DNA of 64,000 nt from an uncultured delta proteobacterium (GTDB taxonomy: Bacteria > Myxococcota_A > Polyangia > Polyangiales > Polyangiaceae): contig CAWJCS010000006.1 in assembly GCA_963841435.1 (NCBI GenBank), positions 1-64,000 of the forward strand. Reading direction: 5' to 3'. This document shows positions 41,312 to 52,070 of the stretch, in pieces (position 1 is the stretch's first letter; each line of letters starts with the position of its first letter). Both the position numbers and the translations under genes were made by a program. The notes beneath the pieces were generated by a model that was not told the DNA's origin, made no database searches, and saw only the letters and a program-made list of their open reading frames with translations.

Positions 41312-42364
41312 ATGAGCGACGAGGACAAGACCAGCGCCGACCAGCCGGCAAGAGCACCGCTTCCTTCCGGTGCCGTCGCACCTCGGCCATCGTTCGCGCC
41401 CCCTCGTCCCTCCGGCTCCCCTGCACACCCGCAGGTGCCGCGCACCACGCTGCCGGGGATTTCCCCGATACCGCCGCCGGTTTCAGCCCCACCGCACGTG
41501 GGGCCCGCGCCGCATGCCCCACCCGCGCCGTTCGCGCCCGTCCCGGCCTATCCGTCGGCGGCAGCGCCGCCGGGCCCGCCCCCGCCGCCTTCGCGTGGCG
41601 CGCCGCCACCTGCTCCTTCGCGCAGCGGTGGCCCGCCTCCGCCCCCGGTCCGCTCGCGCCCCGCGAACGCCGCGCCCGAAGCGCCGGCGGCGCCGACGCC
41701 TCGCCTCCTGACGCCGTTGCCCGGCCACCGCCCGCCGCCGCCCAGCATGCGGCCCGATCGCCCGACCCCGCGTCCGTCGAACCTGCCGGGCTTGCCGCCG
41801 CCCATGGCCTCGAGCTCGTCCATGCCGCCCCGCACCGTGCCGTCGGTGAACGTTTCGGTCACGCCCGAGCAGCGCGCGCTGCAGCTCTCCAACCAGCTCG
41901 TGCAGTCGCGACAGGACCTCGCGAGCGCCCACGCCGATCTGCGCAACGCTCGGAGCGAGCGCGACAGCCTGCGAGCCGAGCTCGGCCGCGCCCGTGCTCG
42001 CATCGACGAGCTCGAGGCGGCCGCGCAGAAACCCCCGGAATTGCCGCCTATCCCCGCGATCGACCCCGATCTGGAGCTGAAGCTGCTGGGCCGCATCAAC
42101 GAGCTCGAGGCCGCCCTCGCCAAGGCACGCTCCCAGAGCGTGCCGCCGCCCCCTGCCGCGGGAGACGACCTCAAGGTGGTGCGCGGCATCGGGCCCAAGT
42201 TCGAGCGCATGCTCAAGGCCGAGGGCATCACGAGCGTGCGGCAGATCGCCGACTGGTCGGACGCCGATGTCGAGGCGGTTGCCGAGAAAATTGGCGTCAA
42301 GCTCGCGCGCATCCGGCGCGAGGACTGGATCGGCAGCGCCCGACGTGCCCTCGAGGGCGCGTAG
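41312..42364 (+). CDS. Pro-rich, coiled-coil protein with C-terminal helix-hairpin-helix domain
   Basis: About 170 aa Pro-rich N-terminus, heptad-like segment, then DDLKVVRGIGPKFERMLKAEGITSVRQIADW. Confidence 0.75.
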   Translation: MSDEDKTSADQPARAPLPSGAVAPRPSFAPPRPSGSPAHPQVPRTTLPGISPIPPPVSAPPHVGPAPHAPPAPFAPVPAYPSAAAPPGPPPPPSRGAPPPAPSRSGGPPPPPVRSRPANAAPEAPAAPTPRLLTPLPGHRPPPPSMRPDRPTPRPSNLPGLPPPMASSSSMPPRTVPSVNVSVTPEQRALQLSNQLVQSRQDLASAHADLRNARSERDSLRAELGRARARIDELEAAAQKPPELPPIPAIDPDLELKLLGRINELEAALAKARSQSVPPPPAAGDDLKVVRGIGPKFERMLKAEGITSVRQIADWSDADVEAVAEKIGVKLARIRREDWIGSARRALEGA

Positions 42365-42376
42365 AGCCAAACCCCG

Positions 42377-43669
42377 ATGCTCGGCCTCACGCGCTATCAA
42401 TGGCTCGTTCTGTTCGCGGCCTGGCTCGGCTGGGGCTTCAACGTCTTCGACGGGCTGCTCTTCAATTTCGTCGCGCCCATCTGCGTGCCGAACCTGCTCG
42501 GGCTGTCGCCGTCGGATCCCGCCACGCGCCAGCAGACCGTGTTCTGGACCGCTTCGCTCACGAGCCTCTTGCTGCTCGGCTGGGCGCTCGGGGGCATTCT
42601 GTTCGGCAAGATCACCGACCGGCTCGGTCGCACGCGGACGCTGCTCGTCACGATGCTCACCTACGCGCTCGCCACGGCCGCGTGCGCGTTCGCCCCGAAC
42701 ATCTGGGTGCTCGCGGCCTTTCGCTTCGTCGCGAGCCTCGGCATCGGCGGTGAGTGGGCCGCCGGCGCGGCGCTCGTCGCGGAAACCGTACCCAAGGAAA
42801 AACGGGTGCTCGGCGGCGCGCTGCTCTACACGTCGGCGCCTGCGGGTCTGTTCCTCGCGACGTTCGTCAACGACCTTTTGACGCGCCAGATCGGCGTGAT
42901 CGCCTCGGACCCGAGCCGCTCCTGGCGCGTGGTCTTCCTGACGGGCCTCATCCCCGCCGCCGTCGCGATCGCCATCCGCCTTCGCATCCAGGAGCCGGCG
43001 GTCTGGAAGCCGGAAAGGGAACCGCGCATCGCCGAGCTGTTCGCTCCGGACCTCCGGCGCCGCACGCTCGGCGGGATGGCGATGGCCATCGTCGCGCTCG
43101 TCACCTGGTGGAGCTGCAGCGCTTTCATTCCCGTGGTGGCAAGCTCCCTCGCGGGCGACCTCACGCCGACGCTCGCTCCCGCCGCGCTCGCCCTCAAAAA
43201 GACCGAGTTCATCACGCGCGGGACCACCGCCTTCAACCTCGGCGGGCTGATCGGTACGCTTCTCACCGTGCCCGTCGCCGTCCACTTCGGACGGCGGCCG
43301 ATGTACCTCGTCTACTTCCTCTTGAGCGCGGGTGCGCTCCTGCTCACGTTTGGGCCCGCGTGGCCGCCCGAGATCCGTCTCCTGCTGCTCTTCACGGTCG
43401 GCCTCACGGTGTTCGGTGTCTTCGGCTCGTTCACGTTCTATCTACCCGAGCTCTTTCCGACCCGCCTTCGGGGCACGGGCTCGGGCTTCACGTACAACGT
43501 CGGGCGCATCATCACGGCCGCCTTTCCGTTCGCCGTGGGCGCGGTCGCCCGCGGGGGAACGGACCCGCTCCTCATCATGAGCGCCGTCGCCGCGGCTCCC
43601 GCGCTGGGCGCCTTGCTCGTGCTGCTCGGCGTCGCCGTGGAAACCAAGGGCGAGCGCGCCGAGGCCTGA
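42377..43669 (+). CDS. MFS transporter
   Basis: GKITDRLGR motif A, GIGGEWAAGAALVAE and PELFPTRLRGTG; 12-TM pattern. Confidence 0.92.
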   Translation: MLGLTRYQWLVLFAAWLGWGFNVFDGLLFNFVAPICVPNLLGLSPSDPATRQQTVFWTASLTSLLLLGWALGGILFGKITDRLGRTRTLLVTMLTYALATAACAFAPNIWVLAAFRFVASLGIGGEWAAGAALVAETVPKEKRVLGGALLYTSAPAGLFLATFVNDLLTRQIGVIASDPSRSWRVVFLTGLIPAAVAIAIRLRIQEPAVWKPEREPRIAELFAPDLRRRTLGGMAMAIVALVTWWSCSAFIPVVASSLAGDLTPTLAPAALALKKTEFITRGTTAFNLGGLIGTLLTVPVAVHFGRRPMYLVYFLLSAGALLLTFGPAWPPEIRLLLLFTVGLTVFGVFGSFTFYLPELFPTRLRGTGSGFTYNVGRIITAAFPFAVGAVARGGTDPLLIMSAVAAAPALGALLVLLGVAVETKGERAEA

Positions 43670-43697
43670 CGAGTCCTCGCCGCTCGCGTGGCCGCGG

Positions 43698-44361
43698 CTA
43701 AAACCTGAGCTTCCACGCGCGCACGAGCGTCATGTCTCCGAGCCGGGCGGGGTCGCGCGTCACCTCCCACGTCACGTAGAGCCGGCCGTCGCTCGACAAG
43801 AGCTCGGGGGCGATCTCCACGACCGGAAAGATGCCGGCGAACGTCGCGACCACGGCCGCATCGAACTCCGCGACCCCGCTCGAGCTCACGATGCCCTTGT
43901 CGGCGAGCGCGCCGGTCTCGCCGTCGATGACGAGCTCCACCGTCGTCGTCAGCGTCGGATCGGAGAGCCGGTGATCGGCCGGTAGCGATTTCAGCGACTC
44001 GAGGAACGAGCCCGCGAAAACCCGTTCGAGACAGGCGTCAACGCGCGCAAGGTACGCGTCGAGGCTCGCGCGCCCCTCGTCAACCGGCGTGGGGCGGCCG
44101 CCGTTCGCCTGCGCCTGGTAGCGGCCGAGCTCGTCGGCCCAGGCGTTGAACGTCGACCGATCCGAGCGTGGGCTTCGGGAGCTCGTGCGGAGCCTCGCAA
44201 TGGGGCAACGGCGGGGGCGCGGGCGCGCTCGGCGTGGCGCTCGCTCCGGTTTGTCCCCTCGGAGGTGTGCTCGGCGTCGCAGGCGCACTTTTCGGCGCTG
44301 GCGCGCTCCCGGCGCAGCCGCTCGCCACGAGCACGACGACGAGGGCAAGAGGCACCTGCAC
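43698..44361 (-). CDS. Lipoprotein with TonB C-terminal-like domain (one +1 indel at ~44162)
   Basis: VLVASGC lipobox and Pro-rich stretch, then in the other frame VELVIDGETG...IVSSSGVAEFDAAVV...SSDGRLYVTW. Confidence 0.6.
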
Positions 44362-44426
44362 GGGACGGGCGCATCATGGCGTGTTTCGGACGAGGGGGCT
44401 ATGCTCGGCACCACACGTCCGTGGTC

Positions 44427-46316
44427 ATGAGCGCCGTAAGAATAGCCCTCTTGTACCCGCCGCCGTGGAAGATCCCCGCGCCCGGCGCTCCGCCCGATCC
44501 CTCGGGCGACGGCCCACCTCTGGACTTTCGCGCGGGCGACCTCGACGCGGATTTCTACCAGACACCGTACGGCCTGTTCGCCCTCGGCGCGCAGGCGGTT
44601 CGCGCCGGGCACCGCGTGAGGGTGCTCAACCTCTCCGCCTTCGAGTGGCCCCGCGTCGAGGCGGCGATCCGCGCGCTCGACGCCGACGTGTTCGGCCTGT
44701 CGTGTTGGACGGCCAATCGCCGCGGCGTCGCGCTCGTGGCGCGCGCCATCCGCCGCTTTCACCCGAACGCCCGCATCGTGATTGGCGGGCCGCATGCGAC
44801 GCCGCTCGCCCGCGAGATGCTCGAGCACCACCCGGAGATCGATTGCGTGACGCTCGGGGAGAGCGACGGCGCGTTCGCCGAGCTGGTCAACCGCGTCGGG
44901 GCGGGGCGTGATCTCGCGGGGCTCGCCGGGGCGCTCGTGCGCACCCCCACGGGAATCGAGGTGGGGCCGAAGCGAGAGAGCGTGAAGGATCTCGATACGC
45001 TCGAATGCCCACACCGCTACTACGGGACGCACATCGTGATGACGTCGCGCGGCTGCCCCTGGGCTTGCACCTTCTGCGGCGCCGAGACCACGTGGGGACG
45101 CGGTTTTCGCGGCCATTCGGTGCCCTACGTCCTCGACATGCTGGAGGCGGCGCTCGCCCGCGTGCGCGTGCGCATGATCCAGATCAAGGACGACACGTTC
45201 ACCACCAACAAGAAGCGCGTCATCGAGCTTTGTCGCGGCATCCGCGAGCGCAAGCTCAATTTCTTGTGGAGCTGCGACACGCGCGTCAACGTGCTGAACG
45301 AGGACCTGCTCCGCGAGATGCGCCTCGCCGGTTGCCAGCGGCTGTCGCTCGGCGTCGAATCGGGCTCACAGCGTATCCTCGACGCCATCCACAAGAACAT
45401 CACCGTCGACGAGATCGTCGAGGCCGCGGAAATGGCCAAGCGCTACGGCGTCCACGTGCGCTTTTACATGATGCTCGGCAATCGCGGCGAAACGCGCGAG
45501 TCGTTCGAGGAGACGCTCCGTTTTCTCGAGCGGGCCAAGCCTCATCAGTACATCTTCTCGTGCCTGTCGGTGTTTCCCGGAACGGGGGACTTTCACGAGG
45601 CGGAGCGCGTCGGCTGGCTCGATCGCGAGCTTTACTTCACGTCCGATTTCCAGGAGCTCAAGCTGCCGTTCGACGCCTCCGAGGAAGACACGCAGCTCTT
45701 GAACGACTGGTTCGTAAAGAATTGCGGCCTGCGCGAGGTGTTTCACCCGTCGGCCGACGATTGCCGCGCCGTGCTCGAGCGGCTCGGCGACCACCACGCA
45801 GCCCAGCTCGATCTCGCGGGAGCGCTGTTTCGCGAGGGCGATCTCGACGGCGCGGCGCGCGCGGCCCGCCGTGCCCTCGAGCTCGACCATCCGACGCCGG
45901 GCCTCGTCCACAATCTGCTCGCCTGTGTCGCGTATCGGCGCGGTGACATCGCCGCCATGCAGGACGCCTTCATGGTCGGCGCGAAGATCGACCCGCAGCA
46001 CCATGTGCTCATGAAGAACGTGGAGGCGGCGCGCGCCTGGTTTCGCGAGCGCGGTCCGGAGCGCGGCGTGCCGCTCGAGCTTTCGGCGCGCCACGATTTC
46101 CAGCTCTTCGAGCGCACGGCGCAGCCCACGCTGCCCGGTCCGCTGCCCGACGACTTCGCCGACTGGGCGGCGACGCCGGAGCCCGTCGGTACGCCGCCGC
46201 GCGCACGCGAGCACGCGCCGCTCGATTTCTTCCCCGACCCCGAGAGCGTGATGCGCCTCGACGTGGGCAACGAACCGATCGATTTTCGCGGCAAGAAGCT
46301 CAAGGTCCTGGCTTGA
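44427..46316 (+). CDS. B12-binding radical SAM protein with C-terminal TPR-like region
   Basis: Cobalamin-binding part (VFGLSC...IVIGGPHAT...GESD); TSRGCPWACTFC (CxxxCxxC); DDTF; GVESGSQRIL. Confidence 0.88.
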   Translation: MSAVRIALLYPPPWKIPAPGAPPDPSGDGPPLDFRAGDLDADFYQTPYGLFALGAQAVRAGHRVRVLNLSAFEWPRVEAAIRALDADVFGLSCWTANRRGVALVARAIRRFHPNARIVIGGPHATPLAREMLEHHPEIDCVTLGESDGAFAELVNRVGAGRDLAGLAGALVRTPTGIEVGPKRESVKDLDTLECPHRYYGTHIVMTSRGCPWACTFCGAETTWGRGFRGHSVPYVLDMLEAALARVRVRMIQIKDDTFTTNKKRVIELCRGIRERKLNFLWSCDTRVNVLNEDLLREMRLAGCQRLSLGVESGSQRILDAIHKNITVDEIVEAAEMAKRYGVHVRFYMMLGNRGETRESFEETLRFLERAKPHQYIFSCLSVFPGTGDFHEAERVGWLDRELYFTSDFQELKLPFDASEEDTQLLNDWFVKNCGLREVFHPSADDCRAVLERLGDHHAAQLDLAGALFREGDLDGAARAARRALELDHPTPGLVHNLLACVAYRRGDIAAMQDAFMVGAKIDPQHHVLMKNVEAARAWFRERGPERGVPLELSARHDFQLFERTAQPTLPGPLPDDFADWAATPEPVGTPPRAREHAPLDFFPDPESVMRLDVGNEPIDFRGKKLKVLA

Positions 46317-47146
46317 GCGCCGTTCCGCCCAATCCCGTCCCAAGCGCCGGCACAGACGGTGCGCTCGTCTGCCGGCCCATTGGTGTCGTACGCTCGCCGT
46401 TTCAGGAGCGTGCCGCTGCGCCGCGGCAGACCGCGAACGCGCGCGAGGTTCACGGCACCATCGAGCTTTTCCCGGGGCAGGGCTACGAGCACGCTGTCGA
46501 CGACCTCGATCGCTGGCCGTACCTGTGGGTGCTCTTCTGGTTTCACTTGAATCAGGGCTGGCGACCCAAGGTGCTGCCGCCGCGCAGCGCGCGACGCCGG
46601 GGGCTCTTCGCAACGCGCGCGCCGTACCGGCCCAATCCGATCGGCCTCAGCGTCGTGAAGCTCGAGCGCGTCGAGGGGCTCGTGCTCCACGTCAGCGGGC
46701 TCGACATGCTCGACGGGACGCCCGTGCTCGATCTCAAGCCGTACGTTCCGTACGCGGACGCGCTCGGCGATGCGCAGGGCGGCTGGCTCGAGAGCGCGCT
46801 CGATCCGCTCGCGCCGTTCGCCGTCGAGGTGGCGCCCGAGGCCGAGGCGCAGCTCGGCTACCTGAAGCAGACGTTCGGCATCGATCTTTTGCCGTCGCTC
46901 GAAAAGGTGCTGGCGCTCGGCCCGCAGCAGCATCCGTACCGCCGCATCAGAAAGCAGGGTGGCGGGCTCGTGCTCGCGGTGAAAGATTGGCGGGCACGCT
47001 TCGAGGTCGTCGATCGGGTGGTGCGCGTGACGGCGATCCACAGCGGTTATCGTGCGCGCGAGCTCGCGCTCGACGAGGACCCCGCGCTCGATCCGCACCG
47101 GGCGTTCGAGCGCGAGTTCGGCGCGAGCGCTAGCCGAGCACGCTGA
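46313..47146 (+). CDS. tsaA: tRNA m6t6A37 methyltransferase TsaA/TrmO
   Basis: PIGVVRSPF...APRQ, WVLFWFH, GLFATRAPYRPNPIGLS and LDMLDGTPVLDLKPY motifs; TTGA overlap with the radical SAM gene. Confidence 0.92.
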   Translation: MSAVPPNPVPSAGTDGALVCRPIGVVRSPFQERAAAPRQTANAREVHGTIELFPGQGYEHAVDDLDRWPYLWVLFWFHLNQGWRPKVLPPRSARRRGLFATRAPYRPNPIGLSVVKLERVEGLVLHVSGLDMLDGTPVLDLKPYVPYADALGDAQGGWLESALDPLAPFAVEVAPEAEAQLGYLKQTFGIDLLPSLEKVLALGPQQHPYRRIRKQGGGLVLAVKDWRARFEVVDRVVRVTAIHSGYRARELALDEDPALDPHRAFEREFGASASRAR

Positions 47147-47231
47147 GCGCGCGGTTCTCCAGTGACCCTTGGCTTCTTCGCGGCGTGACCGCTGACCGGG
47201 TGCGGCACGCTCCTTGCTCCTGCCGCTCACC

Positions 47232-47855
47232 ATGGTGCGATCTTTTTGGTGGATGGCCGCGGTGCTTTCAGGGGTTCTCGTGGCGCCCCGCGCGGCAGCG
47301 GAGCCCGCTGTCGAGCTGAAGCCGCCGGCGACCGCCGACGAGCCGCGCGAGGCGCCGCCGCCGCCCGTGCCACCCCGCTACCTCGACTATCGACCCCACC
47401 TTTTGGGCTTGGATCTCGCGTCGCTCGGCCTCGTGGCCGCCGCGATCGCCGTGAATGGCAAGGGGTCCGAGGCGCTTGCGTGGTCGAGCCTCGGCCTTTA
47501 CGCGTTCGGAGCGCCGCTGGTGCACGTCGCGTACGAAAAGCCCGTGCGCGCGCTCGCAAGTCTCGGAATGCGCCTTGGTTTTCCCGTCGCAGGCGGCGCG
47601 CTCGGGCTTCTGCTCGCCGCACCGAGCTGCAACTCGTCGACGGACGACGAGGGTTGGAGATGCGTGGGCGCGGTGATCGGCCTCGGCGGCCTGGGCGTGG
47701 TCGCCGGCGGCCTGACGGCCATCATCATCGACGATGCTTTCCTCGGCAAAGTGGAGCTACCGCCAGTCGCCGAGCGTCGCCTGAGCCTGACCATGGCCCC
47801 GCTCTTGGATGCGCGCGCCCGCTCGGTTGGGCTTTCCGTCGCGGGAGCGTTTTGA
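47232..47855 (+). CDS. Hypothetical exported/membrane protein
   Basis: Signal peptide, several hydrophobic segments and a C-terminal GLSVAGAF strand. Confidence 0.65.
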   Translation: MVRSFWWMAAVLSGVLVAPRAAAEPAVELKPPATADEPREAPPPPVPPRYLDYRPHLLGLDLASLGLVAAAIAVNGKGSEALAWSSLGLYAFGAPLVHVAYEKPVRALASLGMRLGFPVAGGALGLLLAAPSCNSSTDDEGWRCVGAVIGLGGLGVVAGGLTAIIIDDAFLGKVELPPVAERRLSLTMAPLLDARARSVGLSVAGAF

Positions 47856-47891
47856 GCACGTGCCCGCCCGGCACGGGAGCGTGCTCTTTTT
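47854..47891 (+). terminator. Rho-independent terminator
   Basis: GAGCACG...CGTGCTC stem followed by TTTTT. Confidence 0.65.
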
Positions 47892-47892
47892 G

Positions 47893-48648
47893 CTACAGCA
47901 GCCGTGTGGTTTCGATCACGGGGAACAGGCACGCGACGCGCCAGCCAACGTCGGCGGAGCCCTCGACGACGACCGCGCCGCCGTGCGCCTCCACCGTGCT
48001 CTTGACGACCGCGAGCTCGAACCCGAAGCCGCTCGCCGGGCCCGATGGCCTTTGCCGTCCGGCTTCGCCGCCCTCGACGCAAAGCTCGACGTAGCGTCCA
48101 CTCGGCAGCTCCGAGCAGGCGACGTTCCGCGCCTCCCCGAGGTCGACGGCCTGCACGCTGACGGCGAGCGTGGTGCCGGCGTCCGAGCGCTCCGCGGACC
48201 CGCCGATCAGGCTGATGAGGAGCTGGTGCACCGCCATCTCGTCGGCCAGCACCTGCTCGCGCAGGGGAAGCAACGCGACGCGAATGTTCACCTCGGTTGG
48301 TATCGTGACGCGCAGGAGCGCCACCGCCTCGCTCACGACGCGCGCGAGATCGAGCTGGGCTCGCGGCGCGCTCTTCTGCCGTGCACAGCGCTGGTAGAGT
48401 TCCACGATCGCCTTGCCCCGGGACGCGAGCGCGACGAGAGACGCACCACCTTCCCGCACGTCCGGGTCCGCCGCACCGAGCCACGCTTCGCCCGTCGTGC
48501 CGATCGCCACGAACAGCTCGCCGAGCTCCTCGGCGAAGGGGGTCGCGAGCGCACCGAGGGCTGCGAGCTTTCGGGTGGCAGCGAGCTCAGCCGCCAGGGC
48601 GGCATCTCGCGTCGGAGAACCCTCCGTCGTCGCCCTCGAATCGGTCAT
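47893..48648 (-). CDS. Degenerate (pseudo) histidine kinase: HisKA/HATPase-like fold without catalytic motifs
   Basis: KLAALGALATPFAEELGELF in place of the usual ..GGIAHDFNN..; QLLISLIGGS in place of the N-box; GFGFELAVVKSTVEAHGG as a G2-like box. Confidence 0.7.
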   Translation of the reverse strand: MTDSRATTEGSPTRDAALAAELAATRKLAALGALATPFAEELGELFVAIGTTGEAWLGAADPDVREGGASLVALASRGKAIVELYQRCARQKSAPRAQLDLARVVSEAVALLRVTIPTEVNIRVALLPLREQVLADEMAVHQLLISLIGGSAERSDAGTTLAVSVQAVDLGEARNVACSELPSGRYVELCVEGGEAGRQRPSGPASGFGFELAVVKSTVEAHGGAVVVEGSADVGWRVACLFPVIETTRLL

Positions 48649-48884
48649 CAGCTACCAGACACAGAATCCTAGGACGATAGCTCCGCCTGGCGCAAGTCTT
48701 TGGCCTGCCGATTTTGCGCGCAGTTTCGCGGGGTTCTTGCGTCCTCGTCGCCCTTCGGTCGCGCCCGGCCGCGGCGCTTGTGGGTCACGGCGACGCGGAA
48801 AGGTTTCGGCAGGTTTGCGACAGGAAAGCCCTCCGACATCGAATCGCAACATTGTCGGGGCGAGGGTTACCGCCGAGGTTCCTC

Positions 48885-49943
48885 ATGAAGAACATCCTTC
48901 TCGTCCTTGGCCTGCTCCTGCCTTTCTCCCCCGCCTGCAGCAAGAAGGAGCCAGCTCCGGAACCCGCGGCGGATACAGCTGCGGCGAGCGCGAGTGAAGC
49001 CCCCGCCCCCGCGCCGCCTCCCGAGCCGACGGGCCCGGCCCTCAAGATCGCCTACAGCGACTGGCCCGGCTGGATCGCCTGGGACATCGCCATCAAGAAC
49101 GGGTGGTTCAAAGAAGCCGGCGTTGCGGTCGACTTCGTGTGGTTCGAATACGTGCCGTCGATGGACGCCTTTGCGGCGGGCAAGGTCGACGCCGTGGCCA
49201 TGACCAATGGTGATGCGCTCGTCACCGGCTCGAGCGGCGCGCCCAGCAAGTGCATCTTGATGAACGACTATTCGAACGGCAACGACATGATCGTCGCCAA
49301 ACCAGGCATCAAGACCGTCGCCGACCTCAAGGGCAAGAAAATCGGCGTCGAGGTCGGCTTCGTCGACCACCTCCTTCTGCTCAAGGCGCTCGAGAGCGCC
49401 AAGCTCACGGAGAAGGACGTCACCATCAAAAACGTCACCACCGACCAGACGCCGCAGGCGCTCAAGTCCGGCGCAGTCGACGCCATCGCCGCGTGGCAGC
49501 CGAACAGCGGTCAGGCGCTCAAGGAGCTGCCGGGCTCCACTCCGATCTTCACGAGCGCCGACGCCCCCGGCCTCATCTTCGATCACCTCTGCGTGAACCC
49601 GAAGAGCCTTGCCGAGCGCCGCGCCGACTGGGTGAAGGTCGTGAAGGTGTGGTTCAAGGTCGCAAGCTTCATCAAGGACGAGAAGAACATCGACGACGCG
49701 GCCAAGATCATGGGCGCTCGCGTCAAGCTTCCCGGCGACGAGTACAAGGCCTTCATGAAGGGCACGTTCTATCTCGACTCCGCGGGCAACACGAAGGCCT
49801 TCGAGAAGGGTGAGGGCCTCGATTCCGTGTTTGGCTCGAGCAAGATCGTCGACGCGTTCTTCACGAAGTACAAGATGTACAAGGCGCCCGTGAAGTACGA
49901 GGACTATTTCGACTCGAGCGTCGTCGAGGAAGCGCTCAAGTAG
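48885..49943 (+). CDS. ABC transporter substrate-binding lipoprotein (SsuA/NitT type, urea-carboxylase-associated; probably guanidine)
   Basis: FSPAC lipobox; [24 protein letters not shown] and [10 protein letters not shown] motifs; operon context. Confidence 0.88.
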   Translation: MKNILLVLGLLLPFSPACSKKEPAPEPAADTAAASASEAPAPAPPPEPTGPALKIAYSDWPGWIAWDIAIKNGWFKEAGVAVDFVWFEYVPSMDAFAAGKVDAVAMTNGDALVTGSSGAPSKCILMNDYSNGNDMIVAKPGIKTVADLKGKKIGVEVGFVDHLLLLKALESAKLTEKDVTIKNVTTDQTPQALKSGAVDAIAAWQPNSGQALKELPGSTPIFTSADAPGLIFDHLCVNPKSLAERRADWVKVVKVWFKVASFIKDEKNIDDAAKIMGARVKLPGDEYKAFMKGTFYLDSAGNTKAFEKGEGLDSVFGSSKIVDAFFTKYKMYKAPVKYEDYFDSSVVEEALK

Positions 49944-49952
49944 CTCGGAGCT

Positions 49953-51057
49953 ATGGCGCAGCCGAACGACGAGGAGCTCGACGCTTCCAGCTTCGACCCG
50001 ATGGCGAAGCCGGTGCGGCCGCGGCTCCTCGCCGTGCGCCAGCCGCTCTCGCCGCGAGCGAGCGCCCTCACCGGAGTGTTCGCGTTCCTCGTGCCGCTCG
50101 CGCTCTGGTGCATCGTCAGCTACGTGCCCTTCGTCTGGCACCCCGCCGTGCTCGTCACCGACGCGGGGGACACCAGCGTGCCGGGCACGTACTCGTACGT
50201 CGCGGAAGGGCAGCTCGTCGACAAGGAGGTCTTCGCCGCCCGCAACCAGGAGCTTTTGGCGAAGGGTGCGCGCCCCGCACGAGGAAAACGCTCGAACCCG
50301 ATCTACTTGCAGCCGCCGCACGCCGTCGCGCGCGCACTCTACACGGCGTTCACGACGCCCCCCGAGGGTCTGGGTGACGTTCTGGTTCCACGAGAGCCTA
50401 TGGCGGAGCTGCCAGGTCATCTTCTGGGGCTTCTTCTGGTCGGCATTGCTCGGCGTTCCGCTCGGCATCCTGTGCGGCACCTTCTCGCTGTTCTCGAGGT
50501 TGTTCGAACCGTTCGTCGACTTCGTGCGCTACATGCCCGCGCCCGTGTTCGGCGCGCTCGCCGTGACGGTGCTCGGTCTCGCCGACGAGCCGAAGATCGC
50601 CATCATCTTCATCGGCACCTTCTTCCAAATGGTGCTCGTCGTCGCGAACACGACGCGCTCGGTCGACGTGCAGCTCTTGCACGCCGCGCAGACGCTCGGC
50701 GCCAAGAACGTGAGGCTCGTCACGTCGGTCGTGATTCCAGGCGCGCTGCCAGCGCTCTACCGCGACATGCGCATTCTCATCGGGTGGGCCTGGACCTACC
50801 TCGTGGTTGCCGAGCTAATCGGCGAAAAGTCGGGGCTTTCGGCGTTCATCTACCAGCAGCAGCGCTACCGGCACTTCGACAACGTCTATGCCGCGATCGC
50901 CATCATCGGCATTGCGGGGCTCGTCATCGATCAGCTGCTCGCGTTCCTCGGGCGCCATATTTTCCCCTGGGAGAGCGGCAACACCAAGCTCCTGCGCCTG
51001 GCACGCGGCTTTCGGCGTGTGCTGCCCGGGGGTCTGGCGCCGGCGCGTGCCGCCTGA
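49953..51057 (+). CDS. ABC transporter permease (one +1 indel at ~50380)
   Basis: Frame change [27 protein letters not shown] (EAA-like loop) and [14 protein letters not shown]. Confidence 0.88.
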
Positions 51058-51068
51058 GGTCCCCGAAC

Positions 51069-51935
51069 GTGCGCGTCGACGACCAGCTTTCACTGCCGAG
51101 CTATCTCGATCACCCGCCGGAAACGACGGCGCGCATCGCCGAGCTCGCCGCGCGGCCCGTCGTGATGAGCGTCGAGGCGCTGACACGCGACTTCGAGAGC
51201 CCGGGCGGGCAGCTCGTGACGGCGCTGTCGCGCATCACCTTCGAGGTGAGAAAGCGCGAGTTCATCAGCGTGATTGGGCCGTCGGGCTGTGGCAAATCCA
51301 CGTTGATCCGCATTCTCGCAGGTCTCGACTATCCGACGAGCGGCGAGGTGCGGCTCGACGCGCGCCCCGTCGTCGGTCCCGGCGCCGATCGCGGCATGGT
51401 GTTCCAGGGTTACACGCTCTTTCCCTGGCTCACCGTGAAAAAGAACGTGATGTTCGGCCTGAAGATGAAAGGCGTGTCGGGCGCCCGGGCCGACAAGATC
51501 GCGCGCGACTGGCTCGAGATCGTCGGGCTCGGCGGCGTCGCCGACCAGTACCCCTCCCAGCTCTCGGGCGGGATGAAGCAGCGCGTCGCCATCGCGCGCG
51601 CCCTGGCGAACGAGCCGCGCATCATGCTCATGGACGAGCCGTTCGGCGCGCTCGATGCGCAGACGCGCGCGAGCATGCAGGCGCACCTCCTCCGGATCTG
51701 GGAGCAGGTGGACGTCACCGTGCTTTTCATCACGCACGACCTCGACGAGGCGGTGTACCTGTCCGACCGGATCGTCGTCTTGGGCGCGAATCCGGGTCGG
51801 ATCCTCGAGATCATCGACGTGCCCGTCGCCCGCCCGCGCCGACCCCAGCAGTTCCTTTCGGGGCACTTTTTGGCCACGAAGAAGCGCCTCGAGGAGCTGA
51901 TCCACCGACCCGAAGCCGCCGCCCCCGCTGCCTGA
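51069..51935 (+). CDS. ABC transporter ATP-binding protein (NitT/TauT type)
   Basis: [25 protein letters not shown] and ITHDLDEA motifs. Confidence 0.93.
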   Translation: MRVDDQLSLPSYLDHPPETTARIAELAARPVVMSVEALTRDFESPGGQLVTALSRITFEVRKREFISVIGPSGCGKSTLIRILAGLDYPTSGEVRLDARPVVGPGADRGMVFQGYTLFPWLTVKKNVMFGLKMKGVSGARADKIARDWLEIVGLGGVADQYPSQLSGGMKQRVAIARALANEPRIMLMDEPFGALDAQTRASMQAHLLRIWEQVDVTVLFITHDLDEAVYLSDRIVVLGANPGRILEIIDVPVARPRRPQQFLSGHFLATKKRLEELIHRPEAAAPAA

Positions 51936-51994
51936 GTCGCGCCATCGCCGAAACCCGCGCGAAACACGCGCACTTTATGCTCCAGCCTCGGCTC

Positions 51995-52070
51995 GACCGG
52001 GACGACCCGGTCCGTCCCGGTCGCGGCTCGCCGCACCGGGTTGCAAGGGCCGTGGCCGGGACGACCCGGC
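51995..52070 (+). ncRNA. Guanidine-II (mini-ykkC) riboswitch
   Basis: Two perfect hairpins with ACGA loops, GACCGGG-ACGA-CCCGGTC (51995-52012) and GCCGGG-ACGA-CCCGGC (52055-52070), directly upstream of the guanidine carboxylase pathway genes. A -10-like TATGCT lies at 51976-51981. Confidence 0.85.

Noticed and set aside
48650-48884. Guanidine-I/II/III riboswitch or sigma-54 promoter ahead of the ABC transporter
   Set aside because: No ykkC-type conserved 3' motif or paired ACGR tetraloop hairpins were found, and the TGGC...TTGC-like sequences lack the required GG-N10-GC spacing.
49953-51935. 660-aa permease-ATPase fusion shown in the ORF track
   Set aside because: Artefact of the indel at ~50380: the middle of that ORF is off-frame nonsense, and the real permease ends at 51057.
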